Below are positions 24,799-37,804 of a stretch of 64,000 nucleotides of DNA, piece by piece. The stretch is from Malacoraja senta (Eukaryota): NCBI GenBank assembly GCA_038087875.1, contig JAXLNO010000200.1, positions 1-64,000 of the forward strand. Direction: 5' to 3'. The position numbers and the translations under genes are program-made. Positions within the stretch are counted from its first letter, which is position 1; each line of letters starts with the position of its first letter. The notes under the pieces were generated by a model. The model saw nothing but the letters and a program-made list of their open reading frames with translations, searched no databases and was not told the origin of the DNA.

Positions 24799-24893
24799 AT
24801 ATCAATTTCATCGTTATTAACATTATTGAAATCATGATTGATTAATTTCATCTGATAATGATAAAATGGAACAACTCGGTCGAAGAAGAATTT
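24799..24893 (-). CDS. LVRN: Aminopeptidase exon KFFFDRVVPFYHYQMKLINHDFNNVNNDEID
   Basis: CTTCTAG acceptor, GTAAGT donor, 95 bp; phases 0 to 2 fit both neighbours. Confidence 0.8.
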
Positions 24894-25201
24894 CTAGAAG
24901 CAGAAACATAATTAAATTCTCAATTAAATATAATATAAAGTGTTTATCAATTACACTGTGGATTTTCATTCATGCTATTCAAATGACAAGACATTGCTTT
25001 TATGTAAACAGTTAAATCCAAGCTGAAATCAAACCACCCCTATTTTGGGGCATGTGAGCCGTGAACCATCTCACCTCGTATGTTTGAATGAAAAGTCTGA
25101 AAATTTCCAGAGACGATACTGAATCTTATTTCAATACTGTTGGCAAATTGGCAGAAATCTGCTGTAGTAGGAAACCCCCAATCTGAGTCAGGTTAGGTTA
25201 T

Positions 25202-25794
25202 GCCCCTGTCCCACTTAGGAAACCTTTTTGAGTATCACGCGGTTCTTGGGGTGGAGAGGGGTGATAGCGGTATAAAGGGGAGGGTAGTGTCTTGTGTTCT
25301 GTGTCTTGTGTCTACTGTTTGTGGGTAGGGGTGTTTGTTTGGTGTTCAGCCATGAGCGAATGGCGGTGCGGGCTCGATGGACCTGCTGGTCTGCTCTCGC
25401 ACCTACTTTCTATGTTTCTATGTTTCTATGAAACCTGAACAGAAACCTCTGGAGACTTTGCGCCCCACCCAAGGTTTCCGATCGGTTCCCGGAGGTTTTT
25501 GTCAGTCTCCCTAATGGTCGAAAGTGGTTTCCGTTTCTTCTATGTTCTGGCGATTATTTCAAAAAATTCAAAACCGGCCGCGACTAAAAATAGGTTGCCG
25601 CTTTAAAAATCGGTAATTTTTTAGTCGAAGCCGGTTGCGATGCTAGTTGAAGGTGGTTGCCGGAGGTTGCAGGTAGTGGAAGGTAAGACCTTTATTTCAC
25701 CCTGTTTTATTCCACCAGGGAACCACTTTCGACCATTAGGGAGACTGAAAAAAACCTCCGGTAACCTCCGGGAACCGCATGGAAACCTTGGGTG
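25202..25794. mobile_element. Harbinger-like MITE, right end lost, with nested insert 25226-25429
   Basis: CCCTGTCCCACTT end; internal inverted repeat ~25466-25532 vs 25718-25794; insert flanked by GAAACCT TSD. Confidence 0.7.
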
Positions 25795-25799
25795 ACTAA

Positions 25800-25990
25800 A
25801 AATCACTGGATGGATTTAAGAGAGAGTTAGATAGAGCTCTAGGGGCTAGTGGAATCAAGGGATATGGGTAGAAGGCAGGCACGGGTTATTGATTGGGGAC
25901 GATCAGCCATGATCGCAATGAATGGTGGTGCTGGCTCGAAGGGCCGTATGGCCTCCTCCTGCACCTATTTTCTATGTTTATGTTTCTATG
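25800..25990 (+). mobile_element. CR1 3' end
   Basis: GCACCTATTTTCTATGTT tail. Confidence 0.9.
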
Positions 25991-26269
25991 TCACTGCTGG
26001 GAATACAGTGGCTCAAAGGTAAATATTGTTGTGGGAAAAAAGCACCTGGATTAGAAAACGAAAGTTATGACTTGGGTGGATGATTGGGTTATAAATCAGG
26101 AACTTCAGTTTGGATTTAGATTGAGACCCGAGACGGTGCCAGTGGCTGCCAGGGGCTCCGCTCAATTCATGTCTAGTTGGTCTGGGATGATACTCAAAAA
26201 GATCCTGATTTGAGGTATTTGGAAGCAAGCCATGCATTTTTCTGGGAGCCATGGATAGAACAGGAAGTG

Positions 26270-26529
26270 ATTTTCACACAGAGAGTGGTGAATCTCTGGA
26301 ACTCTCTGCCACAGAAGGAAGTTGAGGCCAGTTCATTGGCTATATTTAAGAGGGAGTTAGATGTGGCCCTTGTGGCTAAAGGGATCAGGGGGTATGGAGA
26401 GAAGGCAGGTACAGGATACTGAGTTGGATGATCAGCCATGATCATATTGAATGGCGGTGCAGGCTCGAAGGGCCGAATGGCCTACTCCTGCACCTATTTT
26501 CTATGTTTCTATGTTTCTATGTTTCTATG
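26270..26529 (+). mobile_element. CR1 3' end
   Basis: FTQRVVNLWNSLPQ..; (TTTCTATG)n tail. Confidence 0.92.
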
Positions 26530-26605
26530 ATATCAAGACCATAACACCATATGACATACAGCAGAATTAGGCTATGCAGCCCATCGAGTCTACTCCACCA
26601 TTCAA

Positions 26606-27071
26606 TTGGCATCACCTAGGTGTGAATTCTTGGCCATTGCTTCGATGTGGCTGGTCCATGACAAATTGCTGGTGAAATTGAAGCTTTCGACCATCTCTAC
26701 TTTGGCGCCTTTAATGCATACCAGGGTGTGTGTACTGTGTCTGAAGTCGATCACAATCTCCTTTCCATTGCTAACATTGAATACGAAATTGTTGTTATGG
26801 GCCCAGGTTATGAGATTCGCAATCTCCTTCCTGTACTTCGCCTGGTCATTATTTGATATCCAGTCCACTACAGTGGTATCATTTGCAAACTTGTAAATTG
26901 GGTTGGAATGGTATTTGAATGTGGTGTCATGAGTGTATACAGGCTCAGAACACATCCTTGTGGGGCACTAATGTTGAAGAATGTAAAGAAGCTTGAAAGG
27001 GCACACCACCAGACTCAGGAACAGCTTCTTTTCCCCTCTGTTATTGGGCTTCTGAATGGTCCTTCCATAAG
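26606..27071. mobile_element. Old Rex1/Babar fragment: minus-strand RT piece plus plus-strand 3' piece continuing ~31381-31550
   Basis: YTHD..IYKFANDTTVV..NVSNGKEIVIDFR; ACCAGACTCAGGAACAGCTTC; GTACACATGACAATAA tail after the CR1. Confidence 0.65.
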
Positions 27072-30000
27072 GATTACTACCAGTGCCACGGGCTAGTCAG
27101 AGTAGAAATAGGAGGATATTGCAGATGAATACGTGGCTTGAAAAATGGTGCAAGGGGGAGGGATTCAAATTTCTAGGGCATTGGAACCAGTTCTGGGTGA
27201 GGTGGGACCAGTACAAACAGGACGGTCTGCACCTGGGCTGGAATGGAACCAATGTCCTTGGGGGAGTGTTTGCTAGTGCTGTCGGCGAGGATTTAAACTA
27301 ATGTGGCAGGGAGATGGGTGCAAGAGCAGAGAGGCAGAGGGGTGTAAAATGAGGGTAGAAGCAATAGGTAGCAAGGTGAAAAGTAAAAGTGGCAGGCAGA
27401 CAAATCCAGGGCAAAAATCAAAAAGGGCCACTTTTCAACATAATTGTATAAGGGGTAAGAGTGTTGTAAAAACAAGCCTGAAGGCATTGTATCTTAATGC
27501 AAGGAGCATTCGTAATAAGGTGGATGAGTTGAATGTGCAGATAGTTATTAATGAATATGATATAGTTGGGATCACGGAGACATGGCTCCAGGGTGACCAA
27601 GGCTGGGAGCTGAACATCCAGGGATATTCAATATTCAGGAGGGATAGACAGAAAGGAAAAGGAGGCGGGGTAGCGTTGCTGGTTAGAGAGGAGATTAACG
27701 CAATAGGAAGGAAGGACATTAGCTTGGAGGATGTGGAATCGATATGGGTAGAGCTGCGAATCACTAAGGGGCAGAAAACGCTAGTGGGAGTGGTGTACCG
27801 GCCACCTAACAGTAGTAGTGGAGTTGGGGATGGCATCAAAAAGGAAATTAGAAATGCGTGCAACAAAGGTAAAACAGTTATAATGGGTGACTTCAATCTA
27901 CATATAGATTGGGTGAATCAAATTGGCAGGGGTGCTGAGGAAGAGGATTTCTTGGAATGTATGCGGGATAGTTTTCTGAACCAACATGTAGAGGAACCAA
28001 CGAGAGAGCAGGCTATTCTAGACTGGGTATTGAGTAATGAGGAAGGGTTAGTTAGCAGTCTTGTTGTGCGTGGCCCCTTGGGCAAGAGTGACCATAATAT
28101 GGTTGAGTTCTTCATTAGGATGGAGAGTGACATTGTTAATTCAGAAACAACGGTCCTGAACTTAAAGAAAGGTGACTTTGAGGGTATGAGACGTGAATTG
28201 GCCAAGATAGACTGGCAAATGATTCTTAAAGGGTTGACGGTGGATATGCAATGGAAGGCATTTAAAAACTGCATGGATGAACTACAACAATTGTTCATCC
28301 CAGTTTGGCAAAAGAATAAATCGGGGAAGGTAGTGCATCCGTGGATAACAAGGGAAATCAGGGATAGTATCAAAGGATAGTATCAGGGATAGTATCAATG
28401 GGCAGGAGCCATCTTGGTGAATGGCTGCTAATGAGCAGCCGTCCGTTTAATTCACTTTTTTTTTGTAGTTTTAGTTAGTCTTGTGTGCTGTCTGTAGGAG
28501 AACTAGACTTTTAATGTAGGGGCAAGGGGGTAACCTTATTTCTAGGTCCCTACCTGGTCGGTGAGGCAGCTTTTTCTCCGGGCTGCCCCGTCGACCCGTC
28601 TTCGTGGCCTACCAGCGGGCGTGGAGCGCCGTGTCCTGGCGGGGACCGTCCAGCACCTTCAGCTTCGGTGGCGGCACAGCGCTGGAGCGCTATCGCGGAG
28701 CGGAGCGGGCGATGCCTTGCCTGGGATGCCGCGCTGGATCGACGCGCTGGAGCTCCGGTGAGCCGAGCTCAACACCTCCAGGCTGCGGGTCTGCGGAGCG
28801 GAGCGGGCGGCGCCGACTTCAACATCGGGAGCCTGGGAGCTCCAAACCGGAGCGGCCTTGTCGGCTTCGGAAGCTGCGGTCTACGGCAATGGAAGCGGCC
28901 GTTCCAGGTGGCCCAGCTGCTGAGAGGACTCTCCTGATGCCGGGGCAACAGCACCCGGCAAGAACAGCCAGGAACATTGGGCCTCCGTAGAGGCAATAGC
29001 GGAGGCCTCAATAGGGCTGACTGTGGGAGAACTGGGGATGGGGACTGGACATTGTGCCTTCCCCCACAGTGGTAACCAGTGTGGGGGGATGATTTTTGTA
29101 TGTAGTGTCTATTATAGTCTGTCCAAGATGGCGGTCGGAAGGGAGAGTGGACGCTGGTGCGGTTTAGCTGCCGCTGCTCTCTCTTCACATTGTGTTTCTG
29201 ATTTTTTTTTTTGGTTGTGTCTTTGGATCGAATTCTGTCTTTAATTTGTGTATTGGTGATGTCTTTATAATTTATTTTACTCCGGTTATTTGTTTCTTAC
29301 TTGTTAAACTCTGTAAGGTGTCCTTGAGACTTTGGTATAAGGAGCCCATAAATAAAATGTATTATTATTATTATTATTAAAACAAAAGATGAAGCGTACA
29401 AATTAGCCAGAAAAAGCAGCCTACCAGAGGACTGGGAGAAATTCAGAGTCCAGCAGAGGAGGACAAAAGGCTTAATTAGGAAAGGGAAAATAGATTATGA
29501 AAGAAAACTGGCAGGGAACATAAAATCTGACTGCAAAAGTTTTTATAGATATGTGAAGAGGAAAAGATTAGTTAAAACAAATGTAGGTCCCTTGCAGTCA
29601 GAAACAGGCGAATTGATCATGGGGAACAAGGACATGGCAGACCAATTGAATAACTACTTTGGTTCTGTCTTCACTAAGGAAGACATAAATAATTTGTCGG
29701 AAATAGCAAGGGACCGGGGGTTAAATGAGATGGAGGAACTGAGTGAAATCCAGGTTAGCCGGGAAGTGGTGTTAGGTAAATTGAATGGATTAAAGGCCGA
29801 TAAATCCCCAGGGCCAGATAAGTTGCATCCCAGAGTACTTAAGGAAGTAGCCGCAGAAATAGTGGATGCATTAGTGATAATCTTTGATAGATTCTGGAGT
29901 AGTTCCTGAGGACTGGAGGGTAGCTAATGTAACCCCACTTTTTAAAAAGGGAGGGAGAGAGAAAACGGGGAATTACAGACCAGTTAGTCTAACATCGGTG

Positions 30001-31380
30001 GTGGGGAAAATTCTGGAGTCAGTTATTAAAAATGGGATATCAGCACATTTGGAAAGTGGTGACTTCATTGGACAAAGTCAGCATGGATTTATGAAAGGTA
30101 AATCATGACTGACGAATCTTATAGAATTTTTCGAGGATGTAACTAGTAGAGTGGATAAGGGAGAACTAGTGAATGTGTTATATCTGGACTTTCAGAAGGC
30201 TTTCGACAAGGTCCCACATAAGAGATTCGTATGCAAACTTAAAGCACACGGTATTGGGGGTTCAGTATTGATGTGGATAGAGAACTGGCTGGCAGACAGG
30301 AAGCAAAGAGTAGGAGTAAACGGGTCCTTTTCAGAATGGCAGGCAGTGACTACTGGGGTACCGCAAGGCTCAGTGCTGGGACCCCAGCTATTTACAATAT
30401 ATATTAATGAGCTGGATGAGGGAATTGAATGCAACATCTCCAAGTTTGCGGATGACACGAAGCTGGGGGGCAGTGTTAGCTGTGAGGAGGATGCTAGGAG
30501 GCTGCAAGGTGACTTGGATAGGTTGGGTGAGTGGGCAAATGCATGGCAGATGCAGTATAATGTGGATAAATGTGAGGTTATCTACTTTGGTGGCAATAAC
30601 AGGAAAGTAGACTATTATCTGAATGGTGGTCGATTAGGAAAAGGGGAGATGCAACGAGACCTGGGTGTCATGGTACACCAGTCATTGAAAGTAGGCATGC
30701 AGGTGCAGCAGGCAGTGAAGAAAGCAAATGGTATGTTAGCATTTATAGCAAAAGGATTTGAGTATAAGAGCAGGGAGGTTCTACTGCAGTTGTACAGGGT
30801 CTTGGTGAGACCACACCTGCAGTATTGCGTACAGTTTTGGTCTCCTAATCTGAGGAAAGACATTCTTGCCATAGAGGGAGTACAGAGAAGGTTCACCAGA
30901 CTGATTCCTGGGATGGCAGGACTTTCATATGAAGAAAGACTGGATAGACTCGGCTTGTACAAGCTAGAATTTAGAAGATTGAGGGGGGATTTTATAGAAA
31001 CTTACAAAATTCTTAAGGGGTTGGACAGGCTAGATGCAGGAAGATTATTCCCAATGTTGGGGAAGTCCAGAACTAGGGGTTACAGTTTAAGGATAAGAGG
31101 GAAGTCTTTTGGGACCGAGATGTGAAAATCATTTTTTACTCAGAGAGTGGTGAGTCTGTGGAATTCTCTGCCACAGAAGGTAGTTGAGGCCAGTTCATTG
31201 GCTGTATTTAAGAGGGAGTTAGATGTGGCCCTTGGGGCTAAAGGGATCAGGGGGTATGGAGAGAAGGCAGGGATGGGATACTGAGTTGGATGATCAGCCA
31301 TGATGATATCGAATGGCGGTGCAGGCTCGAAGGGCCGAATGGCCTACTCCTGCACCTATTTTCTATGTTTCTATGTTTCT
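27072..31380 (+). mobile_element. CR1 LINE, same family as the 19.8-22.8 kb copy, interrupted at ~28398-29378
   Basis: ORF1 end YKQDGLHL; ORF2 pieces 27301-28380, 29553-30108, 30151-31125; octamer tail. Confidence 0.95.
28398..29378 (+). mobile_element. ~980-bp non-coding, GC-rich non-autonomous retroelement with L2-like tail
   Basis: Splits CR1 ORF2 at DSIK/TKDEA; ends TGTAAGGTGTCCTTGAG..AATAAAATG(TAT)n. Confidence 0.75.
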
Positions 31381-31853
31381 AAGCTGGGGAACTGTCCAAT
31401 TTATCTCTACTTCATTGAGGCCATTCCCCATTGCCCTATCTATAATACTTGAATTTGACTTGATTACATTTATGTATATGATATTTGATATGTTTGGATA
31501 GCATACAAAACTAAGCATTTCATTGTGCCATGGTACACATGACAATAATTATCCTAAACTATTTTTTTAAATTTCTCTCTTCAAATATTCTTTAGTCAAA
31601 TGATTATCAATTTTGATAACAAATTAAGACAGTACAGATTGTATAAAGTTGGTGACAGTGTAAAGTACAAGTTATGAGCCTGGCTGAATTTTTTAAAGCA
31701 TTGCTCCTGATTTTCTTTTTCTATTGAATTTGAGAGCTAAAATCAGCATAAATAAAATTAGCATTTTGAATTATTGCGTGTGGATTGAGTAACAATATTT
31801 CATTACACTGTTAAATATTAGACGATAAACATAGGAATCAGGATAAAGAATAC

Positions 31854-32001
31854 CTTATAAAGCCCATATGATGAGGTTGTCATTAGCATAAATTCAATGT
31901 ATTTTAAATGTTGCATGGCGCTGATCCATACTAGTTTTTCCTTTTCCTTTGCAAGATACACAGTCATCTCCAATGCAATTTCAACGTCAACATGTCCAAC
32001 C
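31854..32001 (-). CDS. LVRN: Aminopeptidase exon VGHVDVEIALEMTVYLAKEKEKLVWISAM..YGLYK
   Basis: GACAG acceptor, GTATTC donor, 148 bp. Confidence 0.92.
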
Positions 32002-33207
32002 CTGTCAGATAACATATCGATAACAATTAATTTCATTGAAAACCTGTAATTGTTTCTGCAATATTTTGGTTGGTAAATTGTTCATCTTAATTTTTGGAGT
32101 TTGATTGAGCTTCTTCCTCCTCTTCACCCTTCCTTAACACTTCCTAGACTAGGTCCGCCAGCCAGCCCGATACAGAATCTTAGATAAAACAAATTGCCGG
32201 AGGAACTCAGTGGGTCAGGAGGATATGGATAAGTGATGTTTCGGATTGGGACCCTTCCATGTCGTTCAGAAATGCGGCCTGATCCCATGATTTAAACAAT
32301 AATTTTGTGTTTTACTCAAGATTCCAACATCTGCAGTTTCTTGCATCTACAAAATCTTCGATATTTATCTAGGATTGAAAAGAAACTACATGCACTGCAA
32401 CTCTTAACCTTGGGTTATTTTCACATGATATGCCATCTCCTGTAGACTCCTAAATTCTGCACTTACGGATAGGATGCATTTTGACATGATTTTTCATTTT
32501 AGTTAGAATACAATCCCTAGATTCTATCTACTATTTTTCTAGTATCAAAGGCCATTCTTACAGAAGGAGCTAATGAACATATAATAGAAAGTTAATTGGC
32601 TAAAAATTGGATTGCTCTAAAATGAGGTACTAATCTTGCAATCTGCAGTCAACCAGAGTCTATTTATGTGGGGAATGTTCAGTGGAAGTGCAACAACAGA
32701 AGCTTGTACTTCCTCAGAAAACTTTAGTCTGTGGACCTCAGCACCTTTTGGAGAGCTGGAGGTAAGTGCATGACCTTTGAATATTCTTAGAGTATAGTGA
32801 ATGTGGAGTTGAGATTCACGGTTTCTTCCCTTGGGATCCACCGATCTGCCTTCAATGCCTCTCTAGAAACTATAACATGCCATGTCATAAGACCACCACA
32901 CCTGGCTAGGCAGTTTAAATTGAGAAAAAGCAGTGTAACATACTACATAATACACATTTATCATGCTTCATCGTGGCAGCCTCAGAAGTACTCAAAATAG
33001 ACCAATTGTCAATTAACCAAATGACCTTTCAAATCATTTCATGCTGTGATTGGAGCTATACGATAGTATGCCTCATTGTGAGTAACTAACAATTTGTTAA
33101 AGGCAGAAAAAAGTGAGCTGTTTTTCCTGGCAACAAACACATTTCAAGCATTGCAATTGAAAGATGGTGAAGCCCAATCAATTCCATAATTACAAGACAA
33201 AACTCAC

Positions 33208-33263
33208 CGTGCAAGATGAAATGCATCACTGATCATCTGTGCTCTGTTAATAACTGGAATTAC
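33208..33263 (-). CDS. LVRN: Aminopeptidase exon VIPVINRAQMISDAFHLAR
   Basis: CATAG acceptor, GTGAGT donor, 56 bp; conserved IPVINRAQ. Confidence 0.93.
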
Positions 33264-34336
33264 CTATGATAGAAAAGGTCTCAGAATTTCAGTAAATTAT
33301 ACAGTAGCAATCAATACATTCAAAATATGTAGTCAGTATCAAGATATTAATTTTCTTTTATACTTAGACTGCTTTTCCAATTCTGTCTTCATGCTCAGAT
33401 CAATCAATAATAAATGGCTCAGCACAAATCCTCCAATAGGTAAGAAAGGTTTGGAGGGAGATGGGCCATATGTTGGAATTAGCAAGTTGATCGGTATGAA
33501 TAAGTGGCCAAAGGGTCTATTTCCATGCAGTATATAGCTCTATGACGTTACCAGATAATGTCAGTAGATCACATCTGGAAGCGAGGAGTGAGCCACATGC
33601 ATTCACCACTCATCTACCTGCCACGTGCAAATCTAAAATGTAGTAATCTGGCTTTCTAAAGCTAGCTCAATTTTAACTGATGAAGCCCTATTCCATGGAA
33701 GGCTTTTGCACGCATAAGTATTATTATGTTTGGTGTTGGGGTGGTGTCCAGAACATCCCTTCTCCAAGAAATCTTTGACTAGGATAAAGCCATGTCCTTC
33801 ATACTGACCAATCAATCTTGTTTGAATATTTGATTCAAATTCCAGTTAAAAATCAATATTTTTCTAAAAATATAAATTGAAACCAAAAATGTAAACTTAA
33901 AAACAAAAGAATAATTCCAGATTTATTGAAATTCAACTTCTCTCTGTTGAAGCAAATGGATTCAATGTTCCTGCACTAGGTGTATCCTGATATCAATTTG
34001 CCAACCCAATTCCCATCATTAATCAATATTGGAGCACAGTTTAGGCAAAAAGAAGCCAAAACATTCGGGACGTAGACAAAGCTGGAGAAACTCAGCGGAT
34101 GAGGCAGCCTCAGCTGCTGAGTTTCTCCAGCTTTTTTGTCTACCTTTGATTTTTCCAGCATCTGCAGTTTTTTCTAAAACATTTGGGACAATCATTCTTG
34201 AAGGAATCTCATACTCAGTGGCTGCTGGAGAAATACCACCTTTTCCTAAGCAACAAATGTTAAAGTACTTAAATTAAGTTCTCCAAAGCTCCCTTAAGAT
34301 TTGAACTCTGGAAAACCATTTTTCCACATTATACAC

Positions 34337-34943
34337 ATTGAATAGTACTTTCTTCCTTGCAGTTGTATAGGGCTCTGGTGAGACCACATCTGGAGTATTG
34401 TGTACAGTTTTCGTCTCCTAATTTGAGGAAGGACATCCTTGAGATTGAGGCAATGCAGCATAGGTTCACGAGATTGATCCCTGGGATGGCGGGACTGTCA
34501 TATGAGGAAAGATTGAAAATACTAGGCTTGTATTCACTGGAGTTTAGTAGGATCTTATAGAAACATATAAAATTATAATAGGACTGGACAAGCTAGATAC
34601 AAGAAAATCTTTCCCAATGTTGGGCGAGTCCAGAACCCGGGGCCACAGTCTTAGAATAAAGAGGAGGTCATTTAAGACTGAGGTGAGAAAAAACGTTTTC
34701 ACCCAGAGAGTTGTGAATTTATGGAATTCCCTGCCACAGAGGGCAGTGGAGGCCAAATCACTGGATGGATTTAAGAGATAGTTAGATAGAGCTCTAGGGG
34801 CTAGTGGAGTCAAGGGATATGGGGAGAAGGCAGGCATGGGTTATTGATAGGGGACGATCAGCCATGATCACAATGAATGGCGGTGCTGGCTCGAAGGGCC
34901 AAATGGCCTCCTCCTGCACCTATTTTCTATGTTTCTATGTTTC
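34337..34943 (+). mobile_element. CR1 3' fragment
   Basis: [16 protein letters not shown]..; octamer tail. Confidence 0.92.
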
Positions 34944-35074
34944 TACCACTACTCATGGAGTAAGCAGTACTACTACTAAGAGTAAGCAGAAAGAACATTT
35001 TAGAGCATCCCTAATGGTCAAAGGTCATTGAAGACCAGAGAGCTGTTACATTCCCCAGAAGGTTACATGGAACA

Positions 35075-35905
35075 TTAAGAACATGGAACAGTACAGCAGC
35101 AGAACAGGCCTTTCAGCCCACAATATCTGTGTCAAACATGATGCCAAATTAATCTCTTCTACCTGCACATGATCCATATCCCTCCATTCGCTGCACATCC
35201 ATATGACTGTCTAAAAGCCTCATCATATGTGCTTCCACCACAATCTCTTGCTGATCAATCCAGGCACCCACCACTATCTGATTAAAAGGATTTGGCCCAC
35301 ACATCTCCATTAAACTTTCCTCCAATGATCTTAAAGCTATCCCCACTTGTCTTTGACATTTCTACCTTGCGGAAAAAAGTTCTGACTGTCTACCCTATCA
35401 ATGTTTCTCATGATTTTACACACAATACGTGTGTGTCCAACCTTTCCTTGTAGATAATATCATCTAATCCAAGCATAATTCTGGTTAACCTCTTATGTAT
35501 CATCTTCAAAGCTTCCACATCCTTCCGATAATGGTGCAACCAGCACTATAACAGAACTGTAACAACTTCCTGACTCTTATATTCAATGCTTTGACGGATG
35601 AAGCTAAGCATACCATATGCCTTCTTTACCGCTTTATGTACTTGTGGTACCACTTTCAGAGAGCTGTGGACTTGGACCCCAGGATCCCAATGTACACCAA
35701 TGCTGTTAACATTATGCATTCCTTTGCAGTTGATCTCCCAAAGTGCAGCACTTCACACTTGCTCTAATTAAACTCCATCTGCCATTTCTTCGGCCATATC
35801 TGTAACTGATCTAAATCTCGCTGATATCCTTTGACAGTTTCTTTCACTGTTTGCAACTTCACCAATGTTGTTTTCTGCAGACTTATTATCCAACCCATCC
35901 ACATT
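35075..35905 (-). mobile_element. Old CR1 3' fragment
   Basis: Degraded RT C-terminus and tail on the minus strand. Confidence 0.7.
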
Positions 35906-36511
35906 AATCTCCAGTGCGAGTCTCGACTGATTAACTAGGGTGGTTTGGTAGACAGTCACAGGATACAAATCAATGGGGTCACCAATAATTGCAATGTCTC
36001 ATCATTGTAGTTATGAGCCATATGTTCAACTAAACAATGAACCACAATAAGGACACAACTCCATTGAAGAGAAGGACATGCAGGATCAGATATTATCTGA
36101 GAGCTGTGGCATTTTTTTGATTTATTTATTCATTCAGGGCATGTGGGTGTTGCAGATGACATTAACATTTATTACTTATCCCTAACTACCCTTAAATTAA
36201 GAGGCAGGCAAGACTCAATCACATTGGCGCCTACTCACATGTAGCCCCAGTAAGGATAACAGATTCCCTCCCCTGAATGATGTTTGTGTAACAAGTGGGT
36301 TTTATAACAATCTGACGGTTTCCTGGTCGTAGTTACAGAAACTAGATTATGTTTTAAATTCCAGATTTTATTTGATTACTTGAAGTTAAATTCCTCAGTT
36401 GCCATGTTAGTATTGAACTCATTTCTCAAGATTAATAGTCCAGCCGATGGTCCTGAATAGTCCAACCTCTGCTGTACCTTTCTGATATTCTTTTTATATT
36501 GTTGTAGTAGC

Positions 36512-36688
36512 AGATACAGCGTGGAAACAGGCCCTTCAACCCACCGAGTCCATACTGACCAGCGATCACCCTGTACATTTGTTCTTTCCTGCACATTAGG
36601 GATGATTTATAATTTCCAGAAGCCAATTAACCTACATCTTTGGAGTGTGGGAGGGAGCTGGAGCACCTGGTGAAAACCCACGCGGGTT
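36512..36688 (-). mobile_element. SINE fragment (HE1/V-SINE-like)
   Basis: GATACAGCGTGGAAACAGGCCCTTC..; matches 54790-55070. Confidence 0.75.
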
Positions 36689-36964
36689 TATAGGACATTC
36701 AGGTGGCACATGATTTGCATAATGATTTAATCAATTCTAATGAACTCCAGTGGAAGCATCAAAGAGGCATCAGGCCTGTACTATCAGTGCAGAGCTTCAC
36801 ACTCATAGCCCAGCAAGTGCTCTCAGATATCAACACTCCTGCAAGAAGTGCCTTGTTTTCTTCTTTACTCATAGATTTCACAGAAAGGCAACATTCACAA
36901 CGTGACATTCTGTGCCTGCATACAATATACTAAAGACGGACGGAAAAAAAAGATTGTAACTTAC

Positions 36965-37101
36965 AGATGGGTCATTGTTTAATTGTAGACTGAGCCGATG
37001 CCAATTGGAATCATCATAGTTAACTCTATAGAAGGCAGATATATTGATATTTAGCAGGACCCATTCTTCATCAGTAGTACATTTCACTTCAGGAATGGTT
37101 T
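36965..37101 (-). CDS. LVRN: Aminopeptidase exon TIPEVKCTTDEEWVLLNINISAFYRVNYDDSNWHRLSLQLNNDPS
   Basis: GTACAG acceptor, GTAAGT donor, 137 bp; conserved W.L.N....YRVNYD..NW. Confidence 0.95.
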
Positions 37102-37804
37102 CTGTACGCAAGCACCAAGGATGAATGTCAGCATAATAATTTCCGTTTGCTATAACTTACTTGAAAAGTATTAGCATCGAGCATTTGAGCAGGTATGTCA
37201 ATGTTCAGTTTGGAATCAATACCTTAGAAACTCAGTTGTATATACATTCCCTGTTGTATGTTAAAGAAACTGTGATTTATGTGCTAATGTGAGGGGTTTT
37301 GCACATATGCATGCAGTTATTTCAATTGGTTTGTAACGCATATTTGACCTGCTGGGCATGTCTTCCTGCTCTGCATTTCACAACCAACACTTTTTTACCT
37401 TTGTACTTATTCTCAAACTGCTGCCTCCTGTCTCCGAATTTGTCCACCTCGATTTTTCCAGCATCTGCAGTTCTTTCTTAAAACTTTTGTCTACTCCACA
37501 GCAAAATCTCCTCAAGGTATGCTTACTTTGAAGGAGTTCCCCTCCTCTCTCCAAACTTTGCTCCATAGATGCTGCCTCACCCACTGAGTTTCCCCTCAAA
37601 CTGCTTCCATTCACTCATTGACCAGATGATCTTGCTTACAGTTTATCCCCATGGTCACACTGCATTTACCCTATCAAACATACCCCATCACCCGCTGCTA
37701 CCCGTCGCCCCCTCCCCATCTCCCTCAGCTTAACAAGTGTCTAATGAAGGGCCTCTAACCTAAAATTTAACTCAGTTTCTCTTCCCTCAGATCTGGCCCC
37801 ACCT

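Noticed and set aside
28561..29244. GC-rich ORFs as protein-coding genes
   Set aside because: Low-complexity Ala/Arg/Gly frames expected from the GC content; no splice or domain support.
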